From: Methanothermobacter marburgensis str. Marburg
Lineage (GTDB): Archaea; Methanobacteriota; Methanobacteria; Methanobacteriales; Methanothermobacteraceae
Direction: 5' to 3'
Assembly (NCBI RefSeq): GCF_000145295.1
Contig: NC_014408.1
Location: 30,001-62,000 of the forward strand
Length of the DNA stretch: 32,000 bases
Shown: positions 27,027 through 32,000 of the stretch, piece after piece
Position numbering within the stretch: position 1 is the first letter of the stretch
Layout of the letters: each line of letters begins with the position of its first letter
The notes under the pieces: generated by a model
What the model saw: the letters and a program-made list of their open reading frames with translations, nothing else
Told to the model about the DNA's origin: nothing
Databases searched by the model: none
Program-made: the position numbers and the translations under genes

Positions 27027-27689
27027 ATGATAAGGATTGACCCCCACATACACACGGTATACTCAGGGGATGCAAGGGGAACGCCACGGGATGTGCTGAA
27101 GAGGGCATCCCTTGTGGGCCTCGATGCAGTTGCGATTGCAGACCACAATACAATGAAGGGATCCTTGATTGCAATGGAGGACTCAGCAGAGTTTGGGGTC
27201 ACGGTGGTCCCTGCAGTGGAACTCAGCACATCCGCCGGTCACATAGTGGCACTGGGTGTGCAGGAGGAAATACAGAGGGGTCTCACCCCTGCAGAGACCA
27301 TGGATGAGATACACTCACAGGACGCACTTGCCATAATACCACACCCATTTGTCAGGTACAGACAGGGACTCTTTGTGAACGAGAGAAACCTCCGTGTTGA
27401 TGCAGTTGAAACCCTCAACTCCCGCTACATAGTTGGTTACTCCAACTGGAGGGCAAGGAAATTCGCAAGAAAGAGGGGCATCCCTGAGATAGGTGCAAGC
27501 GACGCACACTTTGTGGAGGCTGTTGGAAGTTCATTCACGTTTGTGGAGTCTGAAAATACAGCTGATGATATAATTGAAGGTATAAGAAGGGGTAGAACCA
27601 GGCCTGAGGGAAGAAGGACACCCCTTCCCCTGATTGTGAGGGAGGTAATCAACAAAAAACTCATAGGCAGGATGAGAAATGATATCTGA
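27027..27689 (+). CDS. PHP-domain metal-dependent phosphoesterase
   Basis: MIRIDPHIHTVYSGDARGTP carries the HxH motif. AIADHNT, EL..SAGHIVALG, IPHPF and GASDAH complete the PHP His/Asp set. AAGGTGG SD lies upstream. Confidence 0.82.
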   Translation: MIRIDPHIHTVYSGDARGTPRDVLKRASLVGLDAVAIADHNTMKGSLIAMEDSAEFGVTVVPAVELSTSAGHIVALGVQEEIQRGLTPAETMDEIHSQDALAIIPHPFVRYRQGLFVNERNLRVDAVETLNSRYIVGYSNWRARKFARKRGIPEIGASDAHFVEAVGSSFTFVESENTADDIIEGIRRGRTRPEGRRTPLPLIVREVINKKLIGRMRNDI

Positions 27690-28470
27690 GCTTCAGAAGT
27701 TCCTGGAGAGCAACTTCTTCTACCTCCACCCTGGCTACACGCCCCTCAACACGGTTGTTTTTGGCCTTGTACTCGGGTTTGCCGTTCTCATCATACTCAG
27801 AATGTTCAGGTGGCTTAAAAAGGACCCCAGGGAACTCCTTGTGCCACTGCTTCCCTTCATATTTCTCGGGTCAGGTGCAAGGGCCCTTGTTGATAATGGG
27901 ATCTATCCACTCACCCATCTCCTTGTGACCCCTGGCATATATGTCCTTGTGGGACTCACGGCAATAGCAACGCTCCTCGTCTCGGTTAAACTTGAGAAAC
28001 TTTATGGATGGGATTACAGAAAGCTTGTATTTGCTACAGGGGCGGTTCTTTCCATTCCAAACATCATAAGCATGCAGAAAATTAATCCCGTACCCTTTTT
28101 CTCTGTACTGGGAGTATTCATGGCATCTGCATTCCTTTTCTATATAATAGGTCTTAAATGGGAACTTCTAAGGGAGAGGATGAATCTCTACGTGGTGTAC
28201 GCGCACCTTTTTGATGCATCCTCAACCTATGTTGCGGTTGACCTCTATGGCTATGCTGAGCAGCATGTCCTGCCATCGGCATTCACGGCCCTGACTGGCA
28301 CGGCCCTTGTGATGTTCCCCCTAAAGATAGCGGTCATACTGTTGGGTCTATATGCCATTGACAGGTACGTTGAGGACCCGGGGGACTCGGCTCTACTTAA
28401 ACTTGTTATATTCATACTTGGCCTAGCACCGGGCCTCAGGAACTTTCTGAGTCTCAGCATGGCGGTTTAA
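27679..28470 (+). CDS. Archaeal polytopic membrane protein of unknown function (possibly DUF63-type)
   Basis: The ATG overlaps the PHP gene stop by 11 nt. It has ~7 hydrophobic helices. The family name comes from memory only. Confidence 0.7.
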   Translation: MISELQKFLESNFFYLHPGYTPLNTVVFGLVLGFAVLIILRMFRWLKKDPRELLVPLLPFIFLGSGARALVDNGIYPLTHLLVTPGIYVLVGLTAIATLLVSVKLEKLYGWDYRKLVFATGAVLSIPNIISMQKINPVPFFSVLGVFMASAFLFYIIGLKWELLRERMNLYVVYAHLFDASSTYVAVDLYGYAEQHVLPSAFTALTGTALVMFPLKIAVILLGLYAIDRYVEDPGDSALLKLVIFILGLAPGLRNFLSLSMAV

Positions 28471-28521
28471 AGTATATCCGGGACCCCTCGTCTCTTGGCA
28501 GCAGAACGCTTCTTCTGACTT

Positions 28522-28547
28522 TTAAGTTATAACTTATAACTTATAAG
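28522..28547. repeat. Second copy of the TAAGTTATAACTTATAA palindromic motif, extended by a tandem ACTTATAA unit
   Basis: TTAAGTTATAACTTATAACTTATAAG. It is bracketed by the inverted repeat CAGCAGA (28499-28505) / TCTGCTG (28548-28554) and by the direct repeat TGGCAGCA (28496-28503, 28573-28580). Confidence 0.85.
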
Positions 28548-28619
28548 TCTGCTGTGTAAAAGCTTTTAATTGTGGCAGCATATAGATCATGATAAAAGGC
28601 CAGACCACGGGGAATTTAA

Positions 28620-30137
28620 ATGTACATAGAAGAGGTTAAACCGGAAATGAAGCTACCTGAGACGGTGAGAATATTTGACACAACACTCAGGGACGGTGAG
28701 CAGACACCTGGAGTGGCGCTCACGGTGGATGAGAAGATATGCATAGCAAGGAAACTGGACTCCCTTGGAGTTGACACAATAGAGGCAGGGTTTCCTGCAG
28801 CCTCCCCAGGGGAGATGGACTCAGTAAGGAGGATAGCTGACCTTGATCTTGATGCGAATACTTGTGGTTTGGCAAGGGTGCTAAGGGAGGACATAGACGC
28901 TGTTATTGACTGCGGCGCTGACTACATACACACCTTCATAGGGACATCACCCCTCCACAGGAAGTACAAGCTCAAAATGTCCCCTGAGGAGATAATAGAC
29001 AGGGCGGTATTTGGGGTGGAATATGCGGTTGAACATGGGCTCAGGGTGGAATTCTCTGCCGAGGACGCCACGAGGACAGAATTTGATTACCTTGTGGGGG
29101 TATACAGGGCCGCAGAGGATGCAGGGGCCGACATGATAAATGTGCCGGACACTGTGGGGGTGATGATACCCCGGGCCATGAACCGCCTCATAAGGGGTCT
29201 CAGGGATGAGGTCAGGACACCCATCAGCGTCCACTGCCACAATGACTTTGGACTGGCCGTTGCAAACTCCCTTGCAGCGGTGGAGGCAGGCGCATCACAG
29301 GTGCATGCAACCATCAACGGGCTCGGTGAAAGGGCAGGGAATGCAGCCCTTGAGGAGGTTGTGATGGCCCTCATAACCCGCTATGACCTCCCCCTCACCA
29401 TAAAGACAACGGAACTTGTGAACATCTCGGAATTCGTATCAAAGATAACGGGGGTAAGGATGCCCCCCAACAAGGCAATCGTGGGTGAAAACGCCTTTGC
29501 ACATGAGGCAGGCATACACGTCCATGGGGTTCTTGAGAAGGCAGAGACCTATGAACCCATAACCCCCGAGATGGTTGGCCACAAGAGGAGGATAGTCCTC
29601 GGCAAGCACACAGGGGCCAACGCCCTCAGATCAAAGCTTCAGGAATATGGCATAGATATGAACGAGGACCAGTTCTGCACCCTCTATGAACAGGTCAAAA
29701 GACTAGGAGATAAGGGGAAAAGGATCACCGACGCAGATCTTCGGGCAATGGCCGTCACGATACTTGGAAAGGCAACAAGGGAGATTGTGAAGCTTGAGGG
29801 CATAGCGGTGATGACAGGTGAGAGTGTGATGCCAACGGCCACAGTGAAGCTGAGGATCGGAGATGAGATCAAGACAACATCAATGACCGGGGTGGGGCCT
29901 GTTGATGCGGCCATAAACGCCATACAGAGCCTAGTAAGTGAAACAGCAGATATAGAACTTGATGAGTACAACATAGAGGCAATAACAGGCGGTACCAACG
30001 CCCTTGCAGAGGTCTTCGTTGTCATGAGCGACGCCGACGGCAACAAGGCAACAGGAAGATCCACCAGGGAGGATATAGTGATGGCGAGTGTGGAGGCGGT
30101 CCTCGATGCAATCAACAAGATCCTGAGCCTCAAATAG
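28620..30137 (+). CDS. leuA: 2-isopropylmalate synthase (LeuA/CimA family with C-terminal regulatory domain)
   Basis: [46 protein letters not shown], plus a ~120-aa LeuA-dimer/regulatory C-terminus. LeuA and citramalate synthase cannot be separated by eye. An alternative start is ATG 28647 ([11 protein letters not shown]...). Confidence 0.85.
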   Translation: MYIEEVKPEMKLPETVRIFDTTLRDGEQTPGVALTVDEKICIARKLDSLGVDTIEAGFPAASPGEMDSVRRIADLDLDANTCGLARVLREDIDAVIDCGADYIHTFIGTSPLHRKYKLKMSPEEIIDRAVFGVEYAVEHGLRVEFSAEDATRTEFDYLVGVYRAAEDAGADMINVPDTVGVMIPRAMNRLIRGLRDEVRTPISVHCHNDFGLAVANSLAAVEAGASQVHATINGLGERAGNAALEEVVMALITRYDLPLTIKTTELVNISEFVSKITGVRMPPNKAIVGENAFAHEAGIHVHGVLEKAETYEPITPEMVGHKRRIVLGKHTGANALRSKLQEYGIDMNEDQFCTLYEQVKRLGDKGKRITDADLRAMAVTILGKATREIVKLEGIAVMTGESVMPTATVKLRIGDEIKTTSMTGVGPVDAAINAIQSLVSETADIELDEYNIEAITGGTNALAEVFVVMSDADGNKATGRSTREDIVMASVEAVLDAINKILSLK

Positions 30138-30145
30138 GTGTGCCG

Positions 30146-31330
30146 ATGGAGCCAGTATCAACATGTAAACTCTTCGGGGCTGTAAGGGCTGTTTCAGGCA
30201 TCTGCAATGCTGTACCACTCATCCATGGCCCCAGGGGCTGCGCATACCACATCGGATACCTTCTGACGGCAAGGGGAGGTAAGAGAATAAGGGTTCTATC
30301 AACAGAACTCACTGAATCAGATGTGGTATTTGGGGCAGCCGATAAACTCAAAAAGGCCATAATTGATGCCGACAGAACCCTTAAACCGGAACTCATAGCT
30401 GTTATGAGCTCCTGTGCAACAAGCATAATAGGTGAGGATATAGGGAGGGCTGCAGAGGAGGTTAAGGGGGAAATCGACTCTAAAATCATAACCATCAGTG
30501 CAGGGGGCTTTGAGTCAAACCAGGGCGAAGGATACCTTGAGGTCATGATGACACTCATTGAGTCCATTGCAGCTGATGCAAAACCATCAGATGAGCCATC
30601 AATCAACATCATAGGGGAGTTCAGGGGCGGCCCCGACCTCAACCATATTGTGGATACCCTTGGCAGGATGGGTGTTTCTGTGAACTGTGTGCTCACATCC
30701 GGGAGCACAGTCGGTGACATTGAGGGAATCGCGTCAGCCCATCTGAACTATTCCTTCTGTGATGTATCAGGAATAGGGCCCTGCAGGTTTCTCGAGGAGG
30801 AATTCGGGATTCCATTCATCCACCACCCAATTCCCCTCGGATTTTCAAACACCCTGAGGTTCTATGAGGTGATACTTGAACACCTCAGCATTGATTACAC
30901 CCTTCAGGATGAAGTCAGTGAATACGCTGAGGAAAGGGATCGTCTGAGATCGGAACTGGAGGGTGTGAGGGTCGGTATAGTTTCAGGGCCCACAAGGGCC
31001 GTTGCACTGGCTGGATTTGTAACTGAACTTGGAATGAAACCCGCTGTGGTGGCAATGGACATGATTGGTGAGTACACACTTGAGAACCTCTCTGGAACTG
31101 GCCTGAGGTCGGAGGTCCTGGTTGGGGCTGATCTCTCTGAGCTGGAGGATGCGCTTATCAGGAATGAACCTGAGGTCATACTCGGTGGAGTTGCAGAGAC
31201 ACGGTTTTCAGAATCACTGGGGGCGCCGCTTATCGATGTTATGCATGGTTATGCCCTCACTGCAGGGTTCAGGGGCGCATGTGTAACCGGCGGCAGGGTA
31301 CTTGAAGCGGTTAGGTCCAGAAGTTATTAA
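30146..31330 (+). CDS. cfbD: Nitrogenase NifD/NifE-like protein NflD = Ni-sirohydrochlorin a,c-diamide reductive cyclase subunit (F430 biosynthesis)
   Basis: STCKLFGAVRAVSGICNAVPLIHGPRGCAYH and ...AVMSSCATSIIGEDI are nitrogenase component-1 family patterns. The ~395-aa size matches group IV Nfl proteins rather than true NifD. GGTG lies 5 nt before ATG 30146; the track start is GTG 30140. Confidence 0.75.
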   Translation: MEPVSTCKLFGAVRAVSGICNAVPLIHGPRGCAYHIGYLLTARGGKRIRVLSTELTESDVVFGAADKLKKAIIDADRTLKPELIAVMSSCATSIIGEDIGRAAEEVKGEIDSKIITISAGGFESNQGEGYLEVMMTLIESIAADAKPSDEPSINIIGEFRGGPDLNHIVDTLGRMGVSVNCVLTSGSTVGDIEGIASAHLNYSFCDVSGIGPCRFLEEEFGIPFIHHPIPLGFSNTLRFYEVILEHLSIDYTLQDEVSEYAEERDRLRSELEGVRVGIVSGPTRAVALAGFVTELGMKPAVVAMDMIGEYTLENLSGTGLRSEVLVGADLSELEDALIRNEPEVILGGVAETRFSESLGAPLIDVMHGYALTAGFRGACVTGGRVLEAVRSRSY

Positions 31331-31352
31331 ATTTTTTAATTAGCATATCACA

Positions 31353-31365
31353 AACTTTATATAAT
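31353..31365 (+). promoter_or_regulatory. Candidate TATA box for albA (AACTTTATATAAT)
   Basis: A near-consensus methanogen TATA element lies ~45 nt upstream of ATG 31410. GGAGGT SD is at 31398-31403. Confidence 0.5.
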
Positions 31366-31409
31366 CAGGGGTTTCTATCTTTATTACAGACACTCTTGGA
31401 GGTTAAGTG

Positions 31410-31685
31410 ATGTCAGAGGAGAATGTAGTATACATCGGAAACAAGCCTGTAATGAACTATGTTCTGGCCGTAGTGACTCAGATGAACGGTGGAACCAGTG
31501 AAGTGATCCTTAAAGCCCGTGGAAGAGCTATAAGCAGGGCTGTTGACGTTGCGGAGATTGTCAGGAACCGTTTCATACCAGACATACAGATAGAGAACAT
31601 TGACATATGTACAGAGGAGATCATTGGTAACGAGGGAACCGCTACCAATGTTTCAGCAATAGAAATCCAGCTCAGAAAGGATTAG
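31410..31685 (+). CDS. albA: Alba (Sac10b family) DNA/RNA-binding chromatin protein
   Basis: [55 protein letters not shown]... is the canonical Alba sequence. 91 aa. Confidence 0.92.
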   Translation: MSEENVVYIGNKPVMNYVLAVVTQMNGGTSEVILKARGRAISRAVDVAEIVRNRFIPDIQIENIDICTEEIIGNEGTATNVSAIEIQLRKD

Positions 31686-31696
31686 GGATATAAAAG

Positions 31697-31730
31697 ATGG
31701 AAGCCACAGGTTTCCATTCTTTTATATTTT
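31697..31730 (+). terminator. Hairpin plus T-rich tract after albA
   Basis: ATGGAA (31697-31702) and TTCCAT (31712-31717) form a 6-bp stem with a 9-nt loop, followed by TCTTTTATATTTT. Confidence 0.45.
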
Positions 31731-32000
31731 ATATGCACTGAATTTTCAGGAACTTTACTCTTTATCAGGGGATTCAGAACAGTCATTGACTTCTCACTTA
31801 ACCCCAGCACAATACTTTATCAGAAATTAAGAGGGTCTTCATACCATTTCAGCTGACCTCAATGTAATATCTAATTTTCACAGGATTGTAATAGTTTATT
31901 CACATATTCTGAAGATTATGATTATTTTTTCAAGGTTTTTCAGTATTTTACTAAACTATTTATGGCAGTGTGGACATACAGAGAATCACTCCTCAATACT

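Noticed and set aside
1-32000. Mobile elements, prophage, defence islands, CRISPR arrays, rRNA and tRNA genes.
   Set aside because: I saw no transposase, integrase, Cas, restriction or toxin-like ORFs, no regularly spaced direct repeats, and no terminal inverted repeats flanking a gene block. Apart from the 11.7-12.8 kb segment, gene content is housekeeping.

Overview
Dense chromosomal segment of a thermophilic, hydrogenotrophic, pseudomurein-type methanogen. Gene content and order (argS, signal peptidase, ilvD ... thrS ... mtd ... fae-hps ... leuA, cfbD, albA) look like Methanothermobacter. From memory this would be roughly the MTH1447-MTH1483 interval of M. thermautotrophicus, which I have not verified. 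I call 33 protein-coding genes, one of them (argS) open at the left edge and missing from the ORF track. Several track ORFs were trimmed to internal starts that sit behind GGTGAT/GGAGG Shine-Dalgarno motifs. Genes are tightly packed, with gaps or overlaps of 1-44 nt, AT-rich intergenic promoters and oligo-T terminators. I saw no rRNA, tRNA, CRISPR array, transposase, integrase or prophage signature. Most genes are core metabolism or translation: ArgRS, ThrRS, IlvD, HisB, LeuA, TrpB2, Mtd, Fae-Hps, CbiA/CfbB, CfbD, Alba. The items most worth follow-up are listed here. (1) A ParA/SegA-type ATPase is translationally coupled to a 100-aa protein that joins a ParB-like N-terminal peptide to a predicted ribbon-helix-helix. 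A perfect 22-nt palindrome lies just upstream, and its 17-nt core recurs 19 kb away. (2) A CbiA-family amidotransferase, a Wzy-like polytopic membrane protein and a MurG-like glycosyltransferase form an overlapping operon, followed by a stand-alone C39-type cysteine peptidase. (3) A rubredoxin-Hcp fusion with a cupin gene and a divergent TrmB regulator. (4) A small secreted Cys-rich basic protein whose signal peptide has no canonical start codon, possibly an AUU start behind a perfect SD, next to a ~500-bp AT-rich ORF-free spacer. (5) An uncharacterised actin-fold ATPase / PHP phosphoesterase / membrane protein operon. All family calls rest on motif recognition by eye. No database search was possible.
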